Positions 53,331-64,000 of a stretch of 64,000 nucleotides of DNA are shown here, piece by piece. The stretch covers positions 62,001-126,000 of the forward strand of contig JAYWIR010000015.1 of the NCBI GenBank assembly GCA_036172245.1, given 5' to 3'. Both the position numbers and the translations under genes were made by a program. How positions within the stretch are numbered: the first letter of the stretch is position 1; every line of letters begins with the position of its first letter. The stretch is from Raillietiella orientalis. Its lineage: Eukaryota. Under the pieces are notes generated by a model that was not told where the DNA came from, did no database searches, and saw nothing but the letters and a program-made list of their open reading frames with translations.

Positions 53331-56300
53331 TTGCTATCTAAGGCCAACAAATGCAACGAAATACGGGAGTTAATGGGAAGGTGGAGAGTTGAGGAAGCGA
53401 AGGAATGGGGATGGAGTGGGAAGAGAGTTGGAACCATTCTTGGGATGTACTGTTCGGAGAAATTCAGAAGACAAGCGGACCCCCTAACCAAAAACAGCGA
53501 TGCTAGTTGTCTCTCATCACCAACAGGCTGACATCCACTGTTGCATCACAACGCACCGGGATGTCATGAAATCACCCGGAACAGAGAAGATGCTTCAGTG
53601 CTGTCTGGAGCACCAATACTGCTAAAATCAGAGTTCAGCTTCAAGCAGAGAATGTTCTGAAGAAGAATGAGACAGAAGAAAAAGATAACAGTAGGTAAAT
53701 TGAACTGAATGAGTTCCGGGGATGAGCTGAGCTTTGCGAATCCCAGATCCCAAAGTGGTAGGAAAGAGAGAGTTGATTTCTGTAGTAGCGGGAACAAAGT
53801 AGCCACAAGGAGCTATCCGACAAGATTTGTCCACTTTACTGGGTTTCATAGAGATTCATCCGCTCTCCGTCCCGAAGCGACGGGCTTCATTCTGGAAATT
53901 GGGAAAAGTGATGATTTGTAACCTGTAGAAGAACGAGGAAAGGGGAATCCCCCAATCAAGCTCAAGTGCTCAAGCATTTCGATAATCACCTTCTCCTCCG
54001 TCTGCAAACTTGCATCCTAGAAACCATGGACACAGGAGTACCCTCCCCGCTTTACTCAAAGATTCTAGAAGGGTGCTCTTGATCCTGGCGCTCAAGTACT
54101 CTGAGCTCTTTCTCTGAACGATCTCATAAATGTGTCTTCCATGAAGAAAGAGCACCTGTTCCAAAGATGATTCAAATGGCCTGATGCTGCCTGACGCGGG
54201 CATGACCTTTCTCCGATCCGGAAACTTTCCATGAACCTAAGTATGAAACCTCAGAATTCCTTGCAGCCTCCAGCTCTCATCCGAGAATAAAGCTGAATAT
54301 CGGCAGATGGAGGATGGTTTTCCATCTTCGCTCCATCACATCTTTTCAACTCTTCTTGAGATTTTCCAATGCTCTTATCCTATGGGCGATGGTCCACACC
54401 CTATGTTCCCAATATACATCCTGGAAACACTGCATATTCAAGCACACTTATTTCTCTTCTGAAGTGTTTCCTGTTTCGTGAGAATTTTTGACTTCCTTTA
54501 ACTCTCCACCATTTTTCGGATTCCCAAATTCCCGAGATCTCAGTAGAACTGGCCTTATAACGGCGGTCACTCATCTGGCGGCAAGGCATAGAACCGCTCC
54601 TCAATATTTATAGCGGTAAGTAGAGTCCAGTATGACTGCCCACCGCTTAACCTAGGGCTTGGGACACAGGTATGGTTTTAACTTGGAGACTGTTCCCGCG
54701 ATGTTGCGTTGGAAGCAAGCAACTCCCAGTGCTTCAAAGCAGCCTTCTTGATTACAGTCACCAAGTCATCGTGTCTTAGCACAATCGTTACCTGGTTGCT
54801 GGTTCATCTTCTGATCATGGACCTAGGAATTCCCTCCATCTTCCGTATCTTTTGCACGGTGATCAGAACGGTTTCCCTGGTGAGTGGTGCCTGTATCGAC
54901 AGAGTTCACAGAGCATGGTTGAATCTATGGTTTGCGGACCGAAGGTGCTCGCCACCGAGCAGAAAACGACCTAAAGCCCAATGATGCCCAACGTGGACGT
55001 AGCCTTTTTCCGATTCCGGAATTTGCTGTAAGGAGTGTCCACGATGTCTTACGTTGCATTGTGTGCAGGACTTTTCTTCTCACGTGGGTGTCGAACGCCA
55101 AGTCATCAGCTGTGATCCTGGATGCTTGGTTTTCCAACTGTCTATTTCACCCTCATTTGTTGCCGGAGAGCAGCTTCCCAGCAACCCGAATGCTTCTGGC
55201 GTTGCCGCTGGGGTTTGTTCTACTTTCCGCCGATAGCACTGCTCCTCCATCTGTTGTGAATCGCCTTTCTCCAACGAAAGCGACGTCTTATGGGATAAAT
55301 CCTGCACATCGACAGCTTGAAGATGATGATTCAAACGGAATACAATTCGAGATTACTTTCGAAGAAGGAAAACTCCAAGTACCTTTCCCAGATCTAGAGC
55401 AATCCTTGGAAGAAAGATGGGGCTTGATTCGAGACTTTGATTTAATCCTAACCTACCTACTTCCAACATAACACACGACCCTATCAAACCTAACCAACCC
55501 GCCTCCTTTTCCTCATCCAGCCCACCTATTTTCACGAGATTTAAGAGTATGTTGATGTCTCATAGTTGAAGCACAGATGGAGACACGAGGCAAAGTGCCT
55601 GCATGCGTTGCCCATGGCTGGCTGTCCATGTCACTTATAAGAACGCAATTCTTGTTTCGGGAAATAGCAGGTCACCGGAACTTCAGCTTCCCATCTCAAA
55701 TGCGATGCTGCGTCGAGGTGAGCTTGCACCTTCTTTGGCAGAAACAAGACGAGTATACGGAAGAGTCTCACTGATCTGCGAAAGCACTCACCTACCAACA
55801 GGTTCACTAGGTCAACAGGTGCAGAAGCTCTAGAGGAGTTGCACCCATCAAATGGACGAACGGTTGTATTTCAGCTTCTTACTAGACTCAGCATGAGTGG
55901 AGGTGGGTATTGCCGGAGGCGAGTGAGCAAAGAATAAAGGCGAGTGATCTTAATGAATGCTCAGCAGACCACTAAACGCCAATGGAAATTCGCAACGTCC
56001 ACTTTCCAGGCAGGCAAACCAGCAGGGTTTCTTTGTGCACCCAGAAAATGTGAAAGACCGAAGCAGTGGCTGCGGAAGATTTGCGAGGGCATCTCCACTC
56101 CAAGAGCACTGGATCCCACAAGAGTATCTCCGCCAAGACTCAACACGAGGACTCGCTCAGGAAGGGTGGTCAATTCAGGGGTGCACGCCACTTCCCGTAC
56201 TTATTCAAACTTTTCGATGCCTTTTCGATCGGACCCCATTTCCACGAGAGAAGGTCCTCATCTGGAGTCCGTGTCACGGAAGGATCATGGAAGATTTAAA

Positions 56301-56782
56301 ACGCCTTAAAAGTACCTTAAAAAGTAATTCAGTGAAAACTCGAGTGGAGGTCCATTCGTGTCCTCTTATCCTCTGCGTCGCTTCCAATCGAGAGAATGCA
56401 CAGTAGCGCTGATTTAGATCCCATCGTTAGACTCAGATGCCGTTTCAGATCACATATCTCGTACGATGGAATCACAACACCGTTGCGGAGGGAGTAGCTT
56501 CTGAATGATGGATTCCAACGTGTGGTGCTTGGATAGTTCCCTGAAGAAACATGTGATTTATAATGAGGGGGGCAGGAGAGAAGGAGAGGGAGAAATGAAG
56601 GAAAGGAGAGGCAGAAATGATAGGGGCAAACGACGATATAAATAGAATGGGTAAAATGATAGGACAAGGACCGGCACACATCGGAAAATGCCATCCAGAA
56701 ATGAAATCGAGCTCATATAAGACTTTGGCGGAACGTCCTCGTACGGGGAATCAGCTGCCTCACTGACGCCTCAAAATAAGCA

Positions 56783-57030
56783 CCACGTTGGCGGCCGCGT
56801 GGCTGCGCTCTCCGCTCGTGGCACCGAGCGTTGCGGGTTCGAATCCCCACGTGTAGGATCGACGCCAAGAGAAATGGGTGCATCCCTAGTTTCGAGTCCC
56901 CCCGCTGGATGACGCTGGTTGCCCTATTCGGGTGGAAGCCGGAAACCTCCGTCCAGTGCCGGGATTCGAAGTTGACCCTCCAAATCAAGGAGCCAGTTTT
57001 CTTCAGAATTCCCCTCAGGTTGTGAAAGTG
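56783..57030 (+). mobile_element. tRNA-headed SINE-like element, left copy (aligned part)
   Basis: A-box-like tggcggccgcgtgg and perfect B box GGTTCGAATCC (56836-56846); homologous to the inverted copy at 57600-57855. Confidence 0.6.
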
Positions 57031-57034
57031 CAAT

Positions 57035-57600
57035 TATTCCCCCCTTCCCTCGGAGGGTGGCCCTCCTTCACGCATCATGGAGATGGTGGATCGATACCCC
57101 TCTAGAGTATGAAGGAGCTCACTGCTCCCTTCGGGGTTCTCTCCAGAGGAGAAAACAAGACCCTCTCTGGAAGGTCCTTACGGTGTCTCTGATGGGGAAC
57201 CCCGAAGGGAATCTCCTTCCTCATTCTCTCCGGAGGGACATCCGTCCCCATTTGGGGGGGAGGGGGATGTCCTCTCCATTTCAACTTCTCCGAAGGGAAC
57301 CCAGAAAGGATCCGCTAGTAGGAATTTCTTCTCCGGAGGGAACCCTCAAGGGAACCGCTCCTGTTCACTCCTCTGAAGAGAACCCCGAAGGGACGCTTCC
57401 GAAACTCAGAAGGGGCGCTACAGCTTCCCACAGGGAATTGCTCTCGCTTGCTTCCTTGCACTCTGTGAAGAGGCGAGGACTCGGAGGGTCCCCCCCGCAA
57501 CGGAGAGGGTCCGCTCCTTTGAACAACTGGAGAGGTGCCCGTGAGTGCTCCTGCTCCATCTTGAAACCGGAGGGGTCCCCTGGTGAGAGGGGTCCGCTCT
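57035..57600. repeat. Degenerate array of CCGRAGGG / CTCCGGAG palindromic motifs
   Basis: More than ten variants (cggaggg, ccgaaggg, ctccggaggg, cggagaggg) at irregular spacing. Confidence 0.65.
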
Positions 57601-57855
57601 CCGTTGCACGACTGGGGGGGGAACTCCCCACTCCTTTATTCCTGGGAGGACCCGAAGGTCAAATCCCATTGTTCCGGCCTTCATCGGGGGCCTCCAGCTT
57701 TATCCACCGCCTGTGCCACGCCCGAATGATTAGGCCAACCAGCGCCGTTGCTGGAGAAACTCGGAATCCAACGACGCAGTGGCGTCACTTTCTGCCGAAG
57801 TATTCGAATCCGCGACGCATGGTGCCACGCGCGGAAGCCTTAACCATACGCAAGG
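57600..57855 (-). mobile_element. tRNA-headed SINE-like element, right copy
   Basis: The reverse strand shares tccgc.cgtggcacc..gcgt.gcgg.ttcgaat, gacgcca, cgctggttg.cct, attcggg, ttgacc and aat.aaggag with the left copy, in order. Confidence 0.6.
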
Positions 57856-58029
57856 GTAGGTTGTATGGGCTTAAAGAATTCTGTGAGCCCCCCTTAGAAG
57901 GAAAACGGATCTTCACTATTTTGTGAACCAAAGAGGAACAAAAAACAGCTGGAAGAATAGCAGTGAGAACAGAACTCAAAAGGATGTTCCATTATCTGCG
58001 GCGAAAGGACGTTGTTTGCTCGCTCTTGC

Positions 58030-59900
58030 CTGATGGAAGTGTAATTTAGTGAGGGCATGTTTGTGAAGGCTCGGTGGTGGCGCAAGGCAGAAGTGCCTGA
58101 AACCACCACCAGGGATGAACAGGAGAAGGTGTCCACCTGCCTCGAACTAACGGAGGTGGGGGCAACCGCCCCCACGGAGCAGCTTCCGCGCAAGGGATGC
58201 AATGGAGCGCCGTGGCTGCTGCGGCCCCTTCAGCAGCGGCAGCCATGGACGAGTAGCGAGCCTACCTGGAGGAGGAGTATAAAACACTACGCTCCTATAC
58301 AGGGTAGGCAATTTTTATTCTCCGGTGACCGTGCGCTCCTTTGCGAAGGGGCTACGCGGCCTCAATGTTCAGAAGGAAGAGTTTCTGGGGCTCGCCATTT
58401 GGGTTGGGGGACAGCACGTGGGTCTAGCCTGCAGAAATACGGGTCTCGCTCAGAGGCTATTAAGACCCCCATCTTAATGCAAGGTCACAAGCTCCTCCCT
58501 GTAACGGTGGACCGCCCTTTGGCTTAACACCCGGTAACGACGGGGCGTTTATTATAAAAATAATCAACATATAATTGTAGGGTCATCGGCCCTACAACAT
58601 CCTCAAATGTTCCGAACCTGCCGAGTAGGCAAGCAGGCTGGCGAGGTTCGCATCGGCAGCGGAGAAGAGGGGGTAAACAAAAATAAAAATCAATAAAAAA
58701 AACTCTAGGGAGCACAGGAAAGGATCACTGTCCACTGGAAGGCGTCCTCTGCATCCTTTCCAGGATGCCGGCAAGTTTCATCCGAGTATGCCCCTGGTGG
58801 GGCCATCTTGCGGCCGTCCTCATGAAGAGCAGGGCAAAGCCGATGGCGTCCCTATCGCTCCGTTCTCCTCTCTCGTGGCTCGAGGCCGCCGCAATCCCGC
58901 GTAGGCAGCAGCATAAGACTTGCTGGGGATGCGGCAGGCGAAAAGGCGTCGCACACGAAGAGGCACTTCGTCACTTCTCTGGGATCTTCCGTCGGTGAAC
59001 CAAGGGCAGTTGCGTAACTCAACCACAGGGGCCGGAGAGCAACACAGTCTAAGAGCAGGTGCGGGTGCTAGGATACCCGTTCCCCTCATTTGCAGCAGTT
59101 GAGGTCCACAGCTCCCCGGGTCCAGTAAGACTGGTGGGCGTTGCACGGGAGACCTCATGCAACAGCAGAATTGCCGATTACTGCCACTTCAGGGGAAGGG
59201 CCTGGTTGTTCTTCAGCGCTGGGAGCCACTCGAGGTCTTCCTGAGAAATTCCCGGCAAGCTCACCCCAGCGCAATAGTCTTTTCGGTGGGCACTTGGGAT
59301 CGCAGCGTCCGTGAGCTAGTCCGTGGTCCGAACGCTCTTTGGTGGTCCACCTAAGTGGTCCACCAAAGAGCAGCGAATAACTAAGTGGTATCATGGTCCG
59401 AATGGCTAAAGATGCCGTTCAGACCGAACTGGGAAAATACGGCAGCGCTCACACACTGTGAGCTAAGTCAAGCCCCTCTGAAGACTTCGAGGGTGTCTAC
59501 CGTGGCCTAGCCGCAATGCGGATCACGGTCTGCAAAGATAGTGACCTTCCTCACAGACTACAGGTACTTGAAGAGTTCATCGACCTATGGTATGTAGGGA
59601 AGCACAAACACTGTGGGCAATGCTGCACTTCGGGACACCTCAAAAGGAGGCGTCCCCACACAGAGTGTTTGCAATGACAAAACAAAAGGCACACGCGGCA
59701 AATGTGCCACCCGAAAGAACACCTGCGACGTTTCCGCTGAGAAAAAGGGAAAATGTGCTGTTAAAATAAAACAGGAAAGCCGGGAAAACTCTCATGCGGA
59801 TGCCGGTACTCCGGTAGGGATCCTGGAGCTCCCGACCGGAGTACGGGGGGGAATTCTCAGCAGACTTTCTGGGACCCCGGAGCGGGGACAGGAGGGAACG
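58030..59900 (+). pseudogene. Decayed ORF1 (copy I), split by insertion F
   Basis: RAYL, AQRLL.TPILMQGHKLLPVTVDRP | LVVHLSG, HTL*, DFEGVYRGLAAMRITV, LWYVG, CGQC..SGH are collinear with ORF1 of B and E. Confidence 0.8.
58523..59332 (-). mobile_element. 5'-truncated copy F inserted antisense into ORF1 of copy I
   Basis: RMKLAGILERMQRTPSSGQ*, full 3' UTR, AATAAA at 58548-58553, terminal hairpin; flanked by cgccctttgg (58513-58522) and cgctctttgg (59333-59342). Confidence 0.85.
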
Positions 59901-62900
59901 GAGCGAGGACAGCACGCTTTAAAGCCGAGCGAGAGCAGCAGCAAGCAGCCGTCTGCCACTGGACCTGGACCATGCTCTTTTCTTTCCTACTTCTCAGCGC
60001 TTCGATGCCTCGACTCGCGTCTTTGTCGAGATTTTCCTCCAGGGCCATCCGTCGCAGACCATATCTGAGCTCGCGTTCGCAAGTACGTTTTGGACCGCGA
60101 ACCAGATGCTCCCATTCTGTAGGTCCCCTTCCCTTGCAGCTATGTTTTTTCTTTTTCCTGCACAGCTGAAACACTCCGGTGTCACAAATGTATGGGTCAC
60201 AGGACCGAGCCTTCCCATTTCCAAGTCAGGGACCCAATGGAATTCTGTTCTCCTCAACCTTCCTCGATTCTTGAGCATCTCTAAGTCCGCTCTAAGGTAC
60301 GGCTGCAGCCTGGAGTGGAGATAGGAATATCCGCTCCACAGAGGGACCAACAGAGTTCAGTGCTGGATCCAAGTGTGCCGCGTAAGGAAGTTCGGTTTCC
60401 GTGGTCACTCACGCCGATTCCGTGGTATTGTTCCGGCTAAGAGTCCCACACGTTCTGCAAGCATTCCCGAACGTAGGTAACAATCAGTTGGTGACAAGCA
60501 GTTGTGGCAAAGAGATTAGCTTGTAGAAGATGATGGTGCGCCTTAAGTTTCCTTTTCTTGTTCCTTCCAGATGCAATCCCTTTGGAATCGCAGTCACCTC
60601 CAAGAGACCAATCCAATCCATTTCTGCTTACTTGTCTATTTCTCCTACTCACCTTCCACTCCTTCTCCACTCATTCTCCCAGCAGTGTGGTTTTATTCAT
60701 GACCCTTCCGTTTCGGACCAATTTTCTTATTGTTTTCTTCTTTCCTTCCCTTGAAACAAGTGACCCAGCCGGCCAGGATGAGAAGGCAGCAGAAGCTGCC
60801 GAGGAAAGAACATTCGGCCTCGGTCGGCAGCAACGATTCCAAATTGTCCTTACCAGATCCGCATGATGGTTTGCGAAGCAAAGCATCTTTTCACTTCTAG
60901 ACCCAATGGGTGCATGTCTTTCGATAATGATTTGGATCAGTCACTCAGGAGAGACTGGTCTCAGGACGCCGAGTTTATCTGTATAACCTTTCTCTAATTC
61001 TTCTCAAAACAGGAAGGAACAGGACCGCCTGTTTTTCCTCGTGATGTGAGGGGGCATCAAGTGCCACTGTCAGCTGCACGTTCTCATCAGCATTGGTATC
61101 CATATTCAGCATCCTCTTCCGGCAAGATCGCGGAACCTAGCAAGGAAGAATGTTCCTGTTCCGGATGGAAAGAAAATGCTCTTTACCAACTGCTTTTAAA
61201 TGACAAGGAATTCTTGCATGACTAGAAAGGGTGATTTCAGAAGGCAGAGAACACAAATTTTCAGGCATGCAATGTTCCCTGGGTTTCGGAAGGGAATGCT
61301 GATCGTTTGCGATCCAGGCCAACACTCCAGCGTCTTGCATTCCGAATTCGAACGTTCGATTCGATCCCAGACCCCGTGCTTTCTGAAGAATCCCTGCTTG
61401 CCAATGTGCAAGCGAACAAAGTCATTTCTAAAAGATGAGTTTCTCGGAACGGTTCTCGCTCGACTTCCATCTCCCCCCCTCTGAAAGATGTTTGAACAAA
61501 GCGGAAATTATGTCGACTCCTACAGAGACGATGCAGCTGTCCAGAATAGCCACCAAGAGAGCGAAGTCGATCGTCACTGACATGCAAGTCCCGTTAGAAA
61601 TGGATTCGGAGAGTGTCGCTGGTTCATTTCAGCCTGATGAACTCACGAGCACGACAGATACCCAGCTCTCAGCTGGCAGTATTCCTAAGAAGGATATTCG
61701 GTTACCTCAACATGACGAAAGCTTGCGACTCACTGACTCACGGACTCTGGAAGGGAGAGCAAGGGGGAGCAAATGAATGCACAAAATCTTCGCAAACGGA
61801 AGCAAACGTTTTTCGTCACCGTGCCGAGTCAACTGCCATGACTGACGGTAGACTCACTTTCCTTATTGAGAGAAAAATCGCTGATCTTGTGATGATATGT
61901 TGCGTTGAAGACCTTTAGCCATTGAAGATCTGCGCTTTGGCTGCATGGCGAATGATGTTTTTTTTTGCCTTTTTTCCTAGAGAATAAAGATAACTGTCTC
62001 AATTTGGCAGTTCTCATCGTGCACATGGATTCCAACAGGAAGTTCTGGATTCTATTGCATTCTAGACGAGAATGCAGTACGGTCATTCTTCTGCAAAGAA
62101 GATTCGATGAAGGCGAGGTATGTAGTGAAATTTATAAGATTAGTGACAGAGCTAGCACTAACCATATCATGGATCGAGATCAGAGGGTTCCTCAAGTCTG
62201 GGAAAGAACATACCGAAGAGACTCGTGGCAACCCTTGGTTAGGAATTTCGGTTTTTTCTTCATCAACTTTATCGATTTACAACAGCTGCACTTGATCTCT
62301 GAGAAACGATACGTGAGATGACTGAATTCTTTCAAGTCGAAACGTGGAGATCACGCTTGGAAAGGGAATGCCCAATGTATTTTCGAAATAGGAGGGGAAG
62401 CTTTTTGTTGATGTCTCACGTACTGCTCTATCTGTGGACGAATTAAAATACTCCAGTAGTAGTTCGAAGAAAGATCCGATAGTTGATCCAATCATTGAGC
62501 AATGTTGCGAATTCTCCTAAGCCAGAGACTGTTGGGATTCAAATTCAAAGAGCAGAATTCTTTCGAGGAAAGTTGAAAACTCTGCGCTTGAGATTTTATA
62601 TATAGGAAGCGATCAGGCCCTCAAATCTCGCGCTTAAGCAATGGTGATGTTGGTCTCCTCCGTGTGCAAACAAGTCTTTCTCTTTGGCACGAACTGCTGC
62701 TTTTCAAGGATAAATCTATTTCTTGCATCCCACGATACAATACAAATCTGGAATGGTTGTCCCCGAAAAATGATCCCGTTCCATCCCAAACTGAGTAATG
62801 CTTTTCAATGCTATCGCTCGAAGGAAACAGACGCCAACACATCGGGCGTCATCAGTTTGGACTCTTTGTGGAGCAGTGCCTTTTTCCGATCTCGTCTACG

Positions 62901-63049
62901 CATTCTCAGTTGGCGGTTCTCTGCTGCTCTGAATGTCCCCTGAACGAGAAAAGCTCTTGTAAGAATTCTCATCACTCTTCACTTTAGATGCCCTCCTAAG
63001 AAGTAAAAAGGATTATCCCATCTTGGAGATCTTAAGGTGCCCGGATTTC

Positions 63050-63330
63050 CTGACTCTCAAAGACAGATGATCGCGGTGAGTGAGAGCTGCGTGCCGGAGC
63101 CAGTCTGGATTTTACTTGATTTTGCATGATGTTTGGCCAAAGGCAAGTCCTTTACCCCAAGGCATATGCAATAGAGGTGCCAAACGGGGAGAGATCTGGC
63201 GTCTCGCGTGTTCCACGTTCCGGAGGCACCACTTCTGTAGGGCAGCAGAGCACACCAGGAGGGAATGTCTCCAGCATAGCGTGGTTATGATCGGACTGCA
63301 CATTCCTCCACCGTGATGAGAACCTAGAAG
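63050..63330 (-). mobile_element. Decayed endonuclease-end/linker fragment of the D/E family
   Basis: SDHNHAMLETFPPG vs copy E SDHYRLEFELLPPG; PLLHMPWGKG vs PLRLLPRGFG. Confidence 0.45.
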
Positions 63331-64000
63331 GGACCACGGGAAAACAAGACTTTAGGAGACTACGTGAGAGAGCAGAACAGGATCGAAAAGTACGAAGATG
63401 AAAACAGGAAGCAAGAAACAGATGGAAGACAGCGCACTGTTGCCGACGAAAAGTATACTTTCATCCTTACTTACAGAGGAGGGGAAGGCGGTAACCCACA
63501 GCCCCATAAGTGCGTGAGACATCCTGAGCTCGTTACCTGATCGCTGGGACGAACTTCAGCATAGTTCAGGAGATGATGAATAGCTCGGATGCGACACAAG
63601 GCAAAGAAGCGAGAATAAAAGAAAAAGGTGTTTACAAAAACAAAGGCTGCTCGAGATGCAAACTGAGAGTCTTAGAACGGGATGTGAGTACACGCTCAAC
63701 CTATCTCTGGAGAGCTACAAAGGCAAGACACGCCAAGACCTATTACGATGTGTGGTGAGCAGATACTTAAGGGTGGGAAGGCAAGCAGAGGTGAAGAAAA
63801 CTAGGAAAGGGGAGAGATACCCTCTGGGAGGAAAATATTAAAAGCGGAAAAGTCAAAGGAACATTTTGCACGAAATGTTTTCGTTTAGATGAACCATCTC
63901 ATTGCTGGTCGGATTGAGGAAAATGGAAATCTAAGCCTTATGATGCTGTGGCTCTTTTTAGGAACCTGAACGTCGCACGCATGAGTGACCGTTAGGAACC

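Noticed and set aside
53550..56300. Faint RT-like motifs (L1-like on -, RTE-like on +)
   Set aside because: Too eroded to delimit or classify.
57057..57926. 289-aa ORF
   Set aside because: Runs through the repeat array and an antisense tRNA-like unit; likely spurious.
59950..63000. Further LINE-like debris on both strands
   Set aside because: Similarity is weak and boundaries cannot be supported.

Overview
Eukaryotic (invertebrate animal) nuclear DNA, mostly transposon-derived. Bases 1-16.6 kb are a tightly packed nest of related L1/Tx1-like non-LTR retrotransposons in strictly alternating orientation: A(+), B(-), C(+), D(-), E(+), then an orphan 3' UTR. Further fragments of the same family lie at 23.3, 26.1-27.4, 52.4-53.3 and 58-60 kb. 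The family has no poly(A) tail. It ends in a structurally conserved 3' UTR (U-tract, two hairpins, AATAAA-like signal, terminal stem-loop), and its APE endonuclease is shortened. The window also holds a mitochondrial insertion (cox3 plus a cluster of apparently T-armless tRNAs), a decayed endonuclease-bearing Helitron and a probable hAT remnant. There is one intact host gene, OXCT1/SCOT (10 exons, mostly 39-50 nt introns), and a convergent pair of tRNA-headed SINE-like elements around a palindromic-motif array. All calls come from motif recognition and by-eye alignment; no searches were run, and boundaries of decayed elements are approximate.
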